NCBI GenBank assembly: GCA_965213995.1 | Contig: OZ243929.1 | Span: 184,860 to 248,859 of the forward strand | Direction: 5' to 3' | Source: Gammaproteobacteria bacterium | GTDB taxonomy: Bacteria; Pseudomonadota; Gammaproteobacteria; Steroidobacterales; Foliamicaceae | DNA length: 64,000 nt | Shown here: positions 49,652-58,624 of the stretch, piece by piece | Numbering within the stretch: the stretch's first letter is position 1 | Layout: every line of letters starts with the position of its first letter | Program-made: the position numbers and the translations under genes | The notes under the pieces: model-generated | The model's input: the letters and a program-made list of their open reading frames with translations, nothing else | Told to the model about the DNA's origin: nothing | Database searches by the model: none

Positions 49652-49671
49652 CCAGCCCGCATATTGCATCA
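49652..49671. repeat. Isolated MITE end
   Basis: CCAG|CCCGCATATTGCATCA just past the pgsA stop. Confidence 0.6.
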
Positions 49672-49686
49672 GGCCGGCCAGCGCAT

Positions 49687-50247
49687 TCATAGGGCGGATG
49701 CGCTGCGCATGGCCGTTCTGGCCCGCAGCATGTACAAGGCACCCGTGAGCAAGGTCAGCCCCGCCGACAACAGCAGCAGGACGTAACCGATTTCGTACAG
49801 CGGCAGAAACCACAGCGGCTGCTTATACAGCATGCACGCCAAGGCCACCATCTGCCCGATGGATTTGTACTTGGCCAACCGGATAACGTTGACCCGCCCC
49901 CGCTGGCCGAGCGCCGCCATCCATTCGCGCAGCGCCGACACAGCCACCTCCCGGCCGATGATCACGATCGCCACCAGCGCCAGCATCATCCCCGGATTCG
50001 ACTGGACCAAGAGCAGCAGCGCCGCGATCACCAGCAGCTTGTCCGCCACGGGATCCAGGAAAGCCCCGAAACGCGATCCTTGGTTGAAACGCCTCGCCAC
50101 CCAGCCGTCCGCCCAATCGGTGAGCGCGGCCGCGCCGAACACCAAGCCGGCGGCCGGATGCGCCCAAGGGTGCGGAAGGTAGAACAGGGCCACTACGCTG
50201 GGCATGGCGGCGACCCGGAACCACGTCAGGATGATCGCAAGGTTCAT
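49687..50247 (-). CDS. pgsA: CDP-diacylglycerol--glycerol-3-phosphate 3-phosphatidyltransferase
   Basis: DWADG.VAR...S.FGAFLDPVADK; upstream of tRNA-Gly-Cys-Leu. Confidence 0.96.
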   Translation of the reverse strand: MNLAIILTWFRVAAMPSVVALFYLPHPWAHPAAGLVFGAAALTDWADGWVARRFNQGSRFGAFLDPVADKLLVIAALLLLVQSNPGMMLALVAIVIIGREVAVSALREWMAALGQRGRVNVIRLAKYKSIGQMVALACMLYKQPLWFLPLYEIGYVLLLLSAGLTLLTGALYMLRARTAMRSASAL

Positions 50248-50371
50248 GCCGCCACTATAGCGAATCCGACGAGCGGAAACGCCCGGAAATCCAGAGCGTT
50301 CAACCGCTCCCTGATGTCCAGACTCCGCCAGCAGGGGAGCTTGCTAGCAGATCGCATATTTCCCAAGCCAT

Positions 50372-50453
50372 TCACCACACCTTGCCCTCGAACCGGTGCG
50401 CCTCGAAGCGGCGAAGGGCATCCTAGCAGGGCTGGATCAAGAAAGCCGACCAT
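50372..50453 (-). pseudogene. RES-type toxin N-terminal remnant
   Basis: MVGFLDPALL, one extra base near 50423, then DALRRFEAHRFEGKVW-stop; directly downstream of an Xre antitoxin. Confidence 0.55.
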
Positions 50454-50472
50454 TCAAATTCAGTTGCAGTGA

Positions 50473-50814
50473 CTACAAGTATGCGAGCGAATCCAGTTTC
50501 TCAATGGCATCAAGAACCTCATCGATCCGATCCTCATGAATCAAATCGATGGCTGATTTTCCTCCGAGAAGTTCATTTCGGGCATAAATCCACAAGCGCG
50601 TCTCATCCGCACTGTAGAAATCCGCCAGCCGTTCCAACACATACCGGAGATCCGACAAAATGAGCTGCATTCTCGGGCGCGGCGCAGCGGCCCCTCTTGA
50701 CCAGCGCGACACGGTTGCCTTGGACGCTTGGGCGATATTCGCGACATCCGCATCTGAAAGCCTGCCGCGCTCCCGCAGATCGCCGATTTTTTTCACAAAC
50801 GTGCTTCGCGCCAT
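50473..50814 (-). CDS. Xre/MbcA/ParS-type antitoxin
   Basis: N-terminal HTH (ATVSRW); C-terminal W...RN.LLGG....DLI motif. Confidence 0.85.
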   Translation of the reverse strand: MARSTFVKKIGDLRERGRLSDADVANIAQASKATVSRWSRGAAAPRPRMQLILSDLRYVLERLADFYSADETRLWIYARNELLGGKSAIDLIHEDRIDEVLDAIEKLDSLAYL

Positions 50815-50856
50815 CGCTATATCCCTCTATCAGGCAATCTCATGCCCGCAATATGG

Positions 50857-51783
50857 CTAATAGGTCAGCATCAGCCGGTCTGTGACAATTTCTGTTTCCA
50901 GTGTCCGGCCATTCATCTGGAAACGGCGCAGCATGGATTTGCCTGCATCAACCAGCACTTCATTCTCGAACAGATCATGCGGAGCAGGAATATGGCAGTT
51001 ATGCGAACCAGATTTCTTGAAACCGTCAATGCTGAGAGCCACTCGGGCACCCCGGCTTTTGCAGCGCGAGATGGACTTCAACAGGTCGGGCAAGTCAAAA
51101 TCTTGGGCGCCATCTAAAATAGATTGGCTGTGCGCGTAAGGCGGGTCGCAGTACACCATGTCTCCCGAGCGGGCATTTTCCATAACTTCCTTGTAATCCG
51201 CGCAAATAAACCGGGTTCCCTGCACACGTGCATGCCACTCGTCCACTCTCTCCGAAAACGACGAGGGACTGATGGGGCGGTGAATACCCACCGGCGTGGA
51301 CATGTAGCCATCGCGCTTCCTGAAGCGAACCACACCGCCGTAGCAGGCGCGTGTCAAGAATAAAAAATCAGGGCCATTCGCCTGAGCGTTGCAGGATGCC
51401 TTGATTTGCTCATACCGCTCACGCTTGTCGCCTGACATTGCATAGAGCCAGCGTTCTTTATACCACTCCTTCACCGCATCCGGGTCAGACTGCAGGGCAG
51501 CCCAGATTTCCATGAGAGGGCCGAAAGAATCCGATCCTACCCCACGCTCTGGCGCGACCGTAGCCAAGATAGAGCCGCCACCTAAGAATACATCGAAAAA
51601 AGTTTTTGTGCCTGACGGAAAATATGACGCAATTTCCTCGGCCATCTTGTATTTGTTTCCAATCCACTTGAGCAAAGAACCATGCGGACGAGCAAATGTC
51701 CGTTGGCCGAAAAGACCCATCAAAGCAGCCTTTGAACCCATCATGTGCTTGCGCCTTCCATAATCAATCAGCACCCCCATCAT
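50857..51783 (-). CDS. Dam-family (D12) N6-adenine DNA methyltransferase of a type II R-M locus
   Basis: LKWIGNK, FLGGGS, VYCDPPY; start may be 51744. Confidence 0.9.
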   Translation of the reverse strand: MMGVLIDYGRRKHMMGSKAALMGLFGQRTFARPHGSLLKWIGNKYKMAEEIASYFPSGTKTFFDVFLGGGSILATVAPERGVGSDSFGPLMEIWAALQSDPDAVKEWYKERWLYAMSGDKRERYEQIKASCNAQANGPDFLFLTRACYGGVVRFRKRDGYMSTPVGIHRPISPSSFSERVDEWHARVQGTRFICADYKEVMENARSGDMVYCDPPYAHSQSILDGAQDFDLPDLLKSISRCKSRGARVALSIDGFKKSGSHNCHIPAPHDLFENEVLVDAGKSMLRRFQMNGRTLETEIVTDRLMLTY

Positions 51784-51800
51784 ATCCGATCATGGGATAT
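51782..51800. promoter_or_regulatory. Palindromic operator, candidate C-box
   Basis: ATATCC-N7-GGATAT between the divergent M and C genes. Confidence 0.5.
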
Positions 51801-51829
51801 TTATTTGCCGGAAATAATCTATTGGCCTA

Positions 51830-52069
51830 GTGGAGATATCAAACTACTCCAACCGAAGAGAGCACCTGCTCCGACTGCTGAAAAGCATACGAACGGGGGC
51901 TGGGCTGCGTCAAGTTGATTTGGCGAAGAAACTTGGTCAACCCCAGTCCTTCGTGAGCAAGTATGAGGTTGGCGAACGGCGAATTGATGTGCTTGAGTTG
52001 GAGCAAATCTGCGACTGTTGCGGCATTACGCTCGCTCACTTTGTTTCGCGTCTGGAGGCGAGGCAATGA
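51830..52069 (+). CDS. XRE HTH controller (C) protein
   Basis: L.Q.DLAKKLGQPQSFVSKYE.GERRID; ATGA overlap with the nuclease gene. Confidence 0.85.
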   Translation: MEISNYSNRREHLLRLLKSIRTGAGLRQVDLAKKLGQPQSFVSKYEVGERRIDVLELEQICDCCGITLAHFVSRLEARQ

Positions 52070-52918
52070 AAGGCGATAGCCGGTTTATGAGGCTACCGAA
52101 AAGCTTTTGGGCGGATGTAAGAACGATTGGCGAGGCAGTAGGCTACTCCAAGCGAAATCAGGACCAAGTTGGCGTGCCGACTCTTGAAAGCGTTCGAGAA
52201 AAATATGCGGAACGCGGACTTGGCACGCAACACTTGCACACCGGAAACCAACTGACTCCCACGGGGCAGACATTGCTCGATTACTTCCAGTGCCGGGCAG
52301 ATGTCTTAAACCAGTTCGTGCAGCCAAGGCTCATGGACTCAGAGCGTGCGAAAATGGAGTTTGAGCGGCTCAAAAGTCGGCTAAAGCCCAAATGCCCGCT
52401 CCCGATGAATAAGCAAAGAGGCAGCAAAAAAGCGCCAGCGTACCTCACCGGTATTGTGAACATGCTTGTTGAAGCGAATTGCGGCGCACACTCTTGCGAC
52501 TATGAACCGAGAAGATTGACCACAGTAACAGCCAACAATGCTCCGTTACGCACCTTCGCCCGTAGATGTGGATGGTGCCTTTCCAACTGTAGTGAATCCA
52601 ATCGCGATCCGGGAAGTTAAGGAGTATTACCACACCACTACCTTAGGAAGCCGTGTGGCCGACGGCGTGTACGAAACCTTACTGGATGGCATGGAAGTCG
52701 AAGAATTGGCCGAAAGCGAAGGCGTGCATTTGCTGCATTACCTCATGATCGACTCGCATTACACTTGGTGGAAATGCGGTCGGTCATACCTTTGCCGCAT
52801 CGTGGACATGATTCACATGGGTTTTGTGGATGAAGTGCTGTTTGGGTACGAAACGGTAGAGCGCCCTCCAAAACTCGTCAAGCAATGGGTAAAAGCAATG
52901 AATTTACGAGAGCGCTAG
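52066..52918 (+). pseudogene. Type II restriction endonuclease, frameshifted
   Basis: Removing T52567 fuses ...RTFARR to VDGAFP...IREVKEYY (PD..EXK core); M / C / R arrangement. Confidence 0.75.
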
Positions 52919-52958
52919 CAACTGCGAAGACACAGAACGGGGATTTTAAGGATTCCGG

Positions 52959-54785
52959 CTAGTGGAGGGCGGCGTGGATGCGTTGGGCGAGTTCGGGGCC
53001 GATGCCGGGGAGCTTTCGCAAATCCTCCAGGGGAGCTGCTTCCACGCCGCGCAGGCCGCCGAAATGGCGCAGGATGGCGCGGCGGCGCTTCGGCCCCAGG
53101 CCCGGCACCTCCTCCAGGACCGAGGATTTGCGCGCGCTTTGGCGGCGGCGGCGATGGCCTTCAACGGCAAAGCGGTGGGCTTCGTCGCGGATGCGCGCGA
53201 TCAGCTTCAAGGCGGCGGAGTCGGAGCCGGGCGATAGCGGGCGTTCCAAGCCCGCCATGAATATCCGCTCCCGGCCGCTGCGCCGGGCAAAGCCCTTGGC
53301 CACTGCGGCAACCGGCATATCGCCCAGCTCCAACGCTTCCAATTCGGCGCGGGCCGCATCGAGCTGCCCGCGCCCGCCGTCCACCAGCAGCAGTTCCGGC
53401 AATGCGCCGTCCTCGCGAACCTGCCTGCTGTAGCGGCGGCGGACCGCCTCGGCCATTGCGCCGCAGTCGTCGCCGCCGGCAGCGCTCTTTATATTGAAAC
53501 GGCGGTATTCGGAATGGCTGGCGCCTTCGGTCGTGAAAACCACGCAGGACGCCACCGGCGCCTCGCCGCCGGTATGGCTGATATCGAAGCACTCGATGCG
53601 CTCTGGCGGGCGCATCAGCCGCAATTCCCTCGCCAGCGCCCTCAACTGCGAGGCGAGGCCATGGGCGCCAGCAGCCTGCTGCGCCGCTCCGGCCTCGGCG
53701 TTCCTGCGCGCCAGCTCCACCCAGCGGCGGCGCCATCCCCTCACCTGCCAGCGCACCGCCACCGGATGGCCGCTCTTGAGCGCCAGCGCGCTTTCCAGCA
53801 ATTCCCGATGCTCAACGGGGCCGGCGCTGATAACCTCGCGGGGCGCGCCGCGCTCGAAATAATGCTGCGCGATGAAGGCGCCCGCCACCTCATCCGGCGC
53901 CACCCCCGGCATCGCGCGCGGGAAAAACAGCCGGCTGCCCATGAGCGCGCCGCGCCTGATCCATAGCACCGCCACGCAATACACGCCGCCGCTCTCGGCC
54001 ACGGCCACCACATCGAGATCGCGCGCCGCGCCGCCGGCAACGGACTGGCTGGCCTGGATGCGTTGAAGCGCGGCCACCCGGTCGCGCAGCGTCGCCGCGC
54101 GTTCGTAATCCAGATCCGCCGCCGCGCCCTCCATTTTCGCCAACAGATCATCAAGCACCGCGTCGTTCTTCCCTTCCAGAAACAATAGCGCCTGGCTTGC
54201 ATCGGCTGCATATTCCTCTTCGCTCACCAAGCCCACGCAAGGCGCTGTGCAGCGGTCCAGCTGGTACTGCAGGCAAGGCCTTTCGCGATGGCGGAAGTAG
54301 GAATCCTCGCACAGCCGTATCCTGAACAGCTTCTGCGCCTGACCTAGCGCGCCGCGCACCGCCGCGGCGTTGGAATACGGCCCTAGGTAGCGGCCCTTGC
54401 CGCGCCGGGCGCCGCGATGAAAGGCAAAGCGCGGGAACGGATCGCGGGTGGTGGCGTAGATGTAGGGATAGCTTTTGTCGTCGCGCAGATACACGTTGAA
54501 GCGCGGCTTATGGCGCTTGATCAGGTTGCATTCCAAAAGCAGCGCTTCCTGTTCCGTTGCGGTCACGGTCACTTCCACGCGCCGCGTGCGGCTCATCAGT
54601 TTCTGGATGCGAGGCTGATGGCTGCGCGAACCGAAGTAAGACGCCACCCGGCGCCTCAGGTTCTTGGCCTTGCCTACATAAAGGATGCCGCCTTTCGGGT
54701 CCAGCATCCGGTAAACGCCGCAGCCCTGCGTGAGGCTCTGGAGAAACAGCTTGGGATCGAAGCGGGCCTCGTTGGCGGCGCTCAT
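52959..54785 (-). CDS. uvrC: Excinuclease ABC subunit C
   Basis: GVY...YVGKA, DDKSYP, ECFDISH, RDEAHRFA, HhH. Confidence 0.97.
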   Translation of the reverse strand: MSAANEARFDPKLFLQSLTQGCGVYRMLDPKGGILYVGKAKNLRRRVASYFGSRSHQPRIQKLMSRTRRVEVTVTATEQEALLLECNLIKRHKPRFNVYLRDDKSYPYIYATTRDPFPRFAFHRGARRGKGRYLGPYSNAAAVRGALGQAQKLFRIRLCEDSYFRHRERPCLQYQLDRCTAPCVGLVSEEEYAADASQALLFLEGKNDAVLDDLLAKMEGAAADLDYERAATLRDRVAALQRIQASQSVAGGAARDLDVVAVAESGGVYCVAVLWIRRGALMGSRLFFPRAMPGVAPDEVAGAFIAQHYFERGAPREVISAGPVEHRELLESALALKSGHPVAVRWQVRGWRRRWVELARRNAEAGAAQQAAGAHGLASQLRALARELRLMRPPERIECFDISHTGGEAPVASCVVFTTEGASHSEYRRFNIKSAAGGDDCGAMAEAVRRRYSRQVREDGALPELLLVDGGRGQLDAARAELEALELGDMPVAAVAKGFARRSGRERIFMAGLERPLSPGSDSAALKLIARIRDEAHRFAVEGHRRRRQSARKSSVLEEVPGLGPKRRRAILRHFGGLRGVEAAPLEDLRKLPGIGPELAQRIHAALH

Positions 54786-56146
54786 CGGCGCTTCTGGGCG
54801 GCTGCCTTTTGCGAAATCAGCATGGCCAGCTCGATCGCCTGTTCATAGTTGAGGCGCGGATCCACTTGGGTCCGGTAACTCTTGTCCAAATCGCCTTCAT
54901 CCAACCCTCTGGCCCCGCCCACGCACTCGGTCACGTTCTCGCCCGTCAGCTCCAGATGCACGCCGCCCAGCCAGGTGCCGGCTTCGGCATGCGCGGCGAA
55001 CGCCTGGTCGAGTTCTTTCTCGATCCGCTCCAGCCGCCTGGTCTTGCGCCCGTTGGCGGCCGTTTCGGTATTTCCATGCATCGGATCGCACATCCACAAC
55101 ACCCGCGCGCCCTGGCGCTGAACGGCCTCAATGAGTGGCGGCAGCGCCTCGCCCACCCGTCCGGCGCCCATCCGGTGAATGAGCGTGACCCGGCCTTCCT
55201 GATTATCCGGGTTCAGCACGCCGAGCAATTCAACAAGCCATTCGGAAGTCATGGCGGGGCCGATCTTGATGCCCATGGGATTGGCCACGCCGCGGAAGAA
55301 CTCCACATGCCCGCCGCCAAGCTGGGCGGTGCGCATGCCGATCCAAGGGAAGTGCGTGGTGAGGTTGTACCAGATGCCGCGGTGCGGGAGCAGCCGCGTC
55401 TGGGCCTGCTCATAGTGGAGCAACAGGCCTTCGTGGGAAGTATAGAAATTCGTTCGGCGCAGGCGGCTCAGGTCGCGGCCGGTGGAATGCTCGATAAAGT
55501 CCAGCGAGCGCGTGATCCGGTCAACGATCGCCTCGTAGGCTTCGGCCTGCGGGGAATGGCCAACCCAGTCCAGATTCCAGTTCTCCGGATGGTGCAGGTC
55601 CGCAAAACCGCCATCGACCAGCGAGCGCACGAAATTAAGCGTCAATGCGGCCCTTTCGTAGCCGCGCAGCAGCAATTTGGGATCGGGCTCGCGGGCGCCG
55701 GAGGTGAACGATTCACGGTTGACAAGATCGCCGCGGAAACTCGGCAGCGAAACCTCCTCGCGGGACTCCAAGGGCTGGGAACGCGGCTTCGCATACTGGC
55801 CGGCCATGCGCCCGATACGCACGACCGGCTTGCGCAGCCCGTAACTCAAGACCAGGCTCATCTGCAGCAGAACCTTGAGCCGCGCCACGATAATATCGGA
55901 AGTGCATTCCGGAAAGGTTTCGGCGCAATCGCCGCCCTGCAGCACAAAGGCCTTGCCGCGTTGCGCGGCGGCGATGGACCGGCGCAGCGACTCCACTTCC
56001 CAGCTCGTCACGATAGGCGGCAGGGCGGCCAGTTCGCGCAGCACTGCATTCAGCGAATCGGAATCGCCGTAATCCGGCTGCTGCGCGGTTTCGCAAGTCC
56101 GCCAACTGTCCGGGCGCCAGCCTGTCTGTGCCTTGCCTTTGCTCAT
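54782..56146 (-). CDS. Class II DAHP synthase
   Basis: QGGDCAE, GRMAGQYAKPRS, CDPMHGNT, GGVHLE, DPRLN. Confidence 0.95.
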   Translation of the reverse strand: MSKGKAQTGWRPDSWRTCETAQQPDYGDSDSLNAVLRELAALPPIVTSWEVESLRRSIAAAQRGKAFVLQGGDCAETFPECTSDIIVARLKVLLQMSLVLSYGLRKPVVRIGRMAGQYAKPRSQPLESREEVSLPSFRGDLVNRESFTSGAREPDPKLLLRGYERAALTLNFVRSLVDGGFADLHHPENWNLDWVGHSPQAEAYEAIVDRITRSLDFIEHSTGRDLSRLRRTNFYTSHEGLLLHYEQAQTRLLPHRGIWYNLTTHFPWIGMRTAQLGGGHVEFFRGVANPMGIKIGPAMTSEWLVELLGVLNPDNQEGRVTLIHRMGAGRVGEALPPLIEAVQRQGARVLWMCDPMHGNTETAANGRKTRRLERIEKELDQAFAAHAEAGTWLGGVHLELTGENVTECVGGARGLDEGDLDKSYRTQVDPRLNYEQAIELAMLISQKAAAQKRR

Positions 56147-56197
56147 GGCCGGATTTTAACGATGAACAGGCGCGCATGCTATGATTCCAGCCCCTCT

Positions 56198-57826
56198 ATG
56201 CGCACGCTGCCCAACCTGCCGAAGCTTGTTTTCCGGCCCGTCCTGCTGGCCCTCGCGGGTGCGTTCCTCTGGGGCGCGGCAGGGGCGGAAGACATCGCGG
56301 AGGAGGCAAGCGCCGACGACGCTCCCGGCGTGGCGCTGGTCATTTCAATCGACGATGCGATCGGCGTGGCCACCGCCGAATTTTTCATCAGCAGCCTGAA
56401 AACCGCGCAGGAGCGCGAGGCGAGCCTCCTAGTGCTCGAGCTCGACACCCCGGGCGGACTGCTGGAGCCGATGCGCGAAATGATCAAGGAAATCCTCGCC
56501 TCCGACGTGCCGGTGGCGGTGTATGTCACCCCCAACGGCGCCCGCGCCGCCAGCGCCGGAACCTATATTCTTTACGCCAGCCATGTGGCGGCGATGTCGA
56601 AAGCCACAACGCTGGGCGCCGCGACCCCGGTGAGCATGGGAGGCAATGCCGGCTGGGCGGCCCGCGCGCTTGGCGCTCCGGCGCTGTTGCGCTCGGACGG
56701 GCCTTCCGGCGAGGATGAGTCCGCAGCGGCGGATGGCGCTCCCTCCTCCGATCCCGATGCGGCGCGCGGCGGATCCGCCGCCGATACCGGCCAGGAAGGC
56801 GAAGCCGAGGAGGAAGGCGGCGCCGGGAAGGACGGCAGCGAAGAGGAGGGGGAACAGGATGCCGAAAACGCCGAGGATCCCAACGCCGAGGCGATGCAGC
56901 GCAAAATCATCAACGACTCGGTTTCCTATATCCGCTCGCTGGCCCGGCAGCGCGGACGCAATGCCGACTGGGCCGAGGAGGCGGTGCGCGAAGGCGCCAC
57001 GCTGGAAGCCGCCGAGGCCGTGGAAATGAACGTGGCGGACTTCATCGCCGATAGCGTCAAGGATCTGCTGGAGAAGGCCGACGGACGCGAAGTGGATCTG
57101 GACGGCGCGCTGGTCAAGCTCAATACCGCCGAAGCGGAGATCGAGCGGCTGGAGCCCGGATGGCGCACCCGCCTGCTTTCGATCCTGACCAATCCGAGCG
57201 TCGCTTACCTGCTGGTCATCGTCGGCCTCTACGGGCTGCTGCTGGAAGGCTACAATCCCGGTTCGCTGGTGCCGGGAATCGTGGGCGTGATCTGCCTGCT
57301 GCTGGCGGCCTACGCATTGAGCGTGCTGCCCGTGAATTACGCGGGGCTGGCGCTGATGGTCCTGGGGGTGGGCCTTATCATCGCGGAATCGCTAACGCCC
57401 AGTTTCGGGGTGCTGGGCCTGGGAGGAGTAACGGCCTTTGTTGTGGGTTCAATTATTCTTTTCGATACCGGGATTCCCGGTTTCGAGGCGCCTGTGGCGC
57501 TAATCGCTGGCGTGGGCCTGGCGGCCGGGTTACTGATGCTGGGCCTTGTGGCGGTGCTTGCCCGAAGCCAGCGCCGGCCGGTGGTCAGCGGCCGCGAGAG
57601 CCTGGTGGGCCGAAGAGCGGTGGCGCTTGAGGATTTCGAGGACACCGGTCCGGTGCTGGTGCAGGGCGAGCGCTGGCAGGCCAGCACATCGTCAGCGGTC
57701 GCCAGCGGCCAGGAACTCTACGTTCACTCCGCAGACATGGATCGCCTGAAGCTGGTCATCGGCCACTCTCCGCCGGTTCGGCATCCCCGGAGAAATTTGT
57801 TCACTTTGTTGAGAAAAACAGGATAA
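56198..57826 (+). CDS. nfeD: NfeD family membrane-bound serine protease (long form)
   Basis: LDTPGG, AASAG, TM bundle, C-terminal GERW.A OB fold; upstream of SPFH gene. Confidence 0.92.
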   Translation: MRTLPNLPKLVFRPVLLALAGAFLWGAAGAEDIAEEASADDAPGVALVISIDDAIGVATAEFFISSLKTAQEREASLLVLELDTPGGLLEPMREMIKEILASDVPVAVYVTPNGARAASAGTYILYASHVAAMSKATTLGAATPVSMGGNAGWAARALGAPALLRSDGPSGEDESAAADGAPSSDPDAARGGSAADTGQEGEAEEEGGAGKDGSEEEGEQDAENAEDPNAEAMQRKIINDSVSYIRSLARQRGRNADWAEEAVREGATLEAAEAVEMNVADFIADSVKDLLEKADGREVDLDGALVKLNTAEAEIERLEPGWRTRLLSILTNPSVAYLLVIVGLYGLLLEGYNPGSLVPGIVGVICLLLAAYALSVLPVNYAGLALMVLGVGLIIAESLTPSFGVLGLGGVTAFVVGSIILFDTGIPGFEAPVALIAGVGLAAGLLMLGLVAVLARSQRRPVVSGRESLVGRRAVALEDFEDTGPVLVQGERWQASTSSAVASGQELYVHSADMDRLKLVIGHSPPVRHPRRNLFTLLRKTG

Positions 57827-57836
57827 GGAGTTCATA

Positions 57837-58589
57837 ATGTTAACGATTCTTATTGCAGCGATCATCCTTCTAGCGCTCATTGTCGCATCCGTGCGAATAC
57901 TCGCCGAGTACGAGCGCGGCGTGATTTTCCTGCTGGGCCGGTTCTGGAAAGTGAAGGGCCCCGGCCTGATCATCGTGATTCCCTTCATCCAGAAAATGGT
58001 GCGGGTGGATCTGCGCGTAATCGTGATGGATGTTCCCACGCAGGACGTGATCTCGCGCGACAACGTGTCGGTGAAGGTCAACGCCGTGGTCTATTTCCGC
58101 ATTGTGGACCCGGAGCGCGCCATCATCCAAGTGGCCAACGTGTTCGAGGCCACCAGCCAACTGGCGCAAACCACACTGCGCTCGGTGCTGGGCCAGCACG
58201 AACTCGACGAGATGCTGTCGGAGCGCGACAAGCTCAACGGCGATATCCAGGCGATCCTCGACCAGCACACCGATGCCTGGGGTATCAAGGTGTCCAACGT
58301 GGAAATCAAGCATGTCGATTTGGACGAGAGCATGATCCGGGCCATTGCCGCGCAGGCCGAGGCCGAGCGGGCGCGGCGGGCCAAGGTGATTCACGCGGAA
58401 GGCGAGGCCCAGGCGGCTTCGCAACTGGCCGAAGCCGCGGCCACGCTTTCCGAGCAGGGGCAGGCCTTGCAGCTTCGCTACCTGCAAACGCTCACCGAAG
58501 TGTCCAACGAAGGCAGCAATACGATCGTGTTTCCGCTGCCCATCGATCTGCTCAAACCTCTTATGGGCATGGCCGGCAAGCAATCTTGA
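57837..58589 (+). CDS. SPFH/stomatin-like (slipin) protein
   Basis: [30 protein letters not shown]; AAGGAG RBS. Confidence 0.95.
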   Translation: MLTILIAAIILLALIVASVRILAEYERGVIFLLGRFWKVKGPGLIIVIPFIQKMVRVDLRVIVMDVPTQDVISRDNVSVKVNAVVYFRIVDPERAIIQVANVFEATSQLAQTTLRSVLGQHELDEMLSERDKLNGDIQAILDQHTDAWGIKVSNVEIKHVDLDESMIRAIAAQAEAERARRAKVIHAEGEAQAASQLAEAAATLSEQGQALQLRYLQTLTEVSNEGSNTIVFPLPIDLLKPLMGMAGKQS

Positions 58590-58624
58590 GCAACGGCTGC
58601 GGCTTGGTCGTTGCCGGGGCCGGA

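Noticed and set aside
54809-56197. N-terminal half of the 1005-aa + strand ORF as a giant NfeD fusion
   Set aside because: It is the antisense shadow of the DAHP synthase; NfeD has its own ATG and signal peptide at 56198
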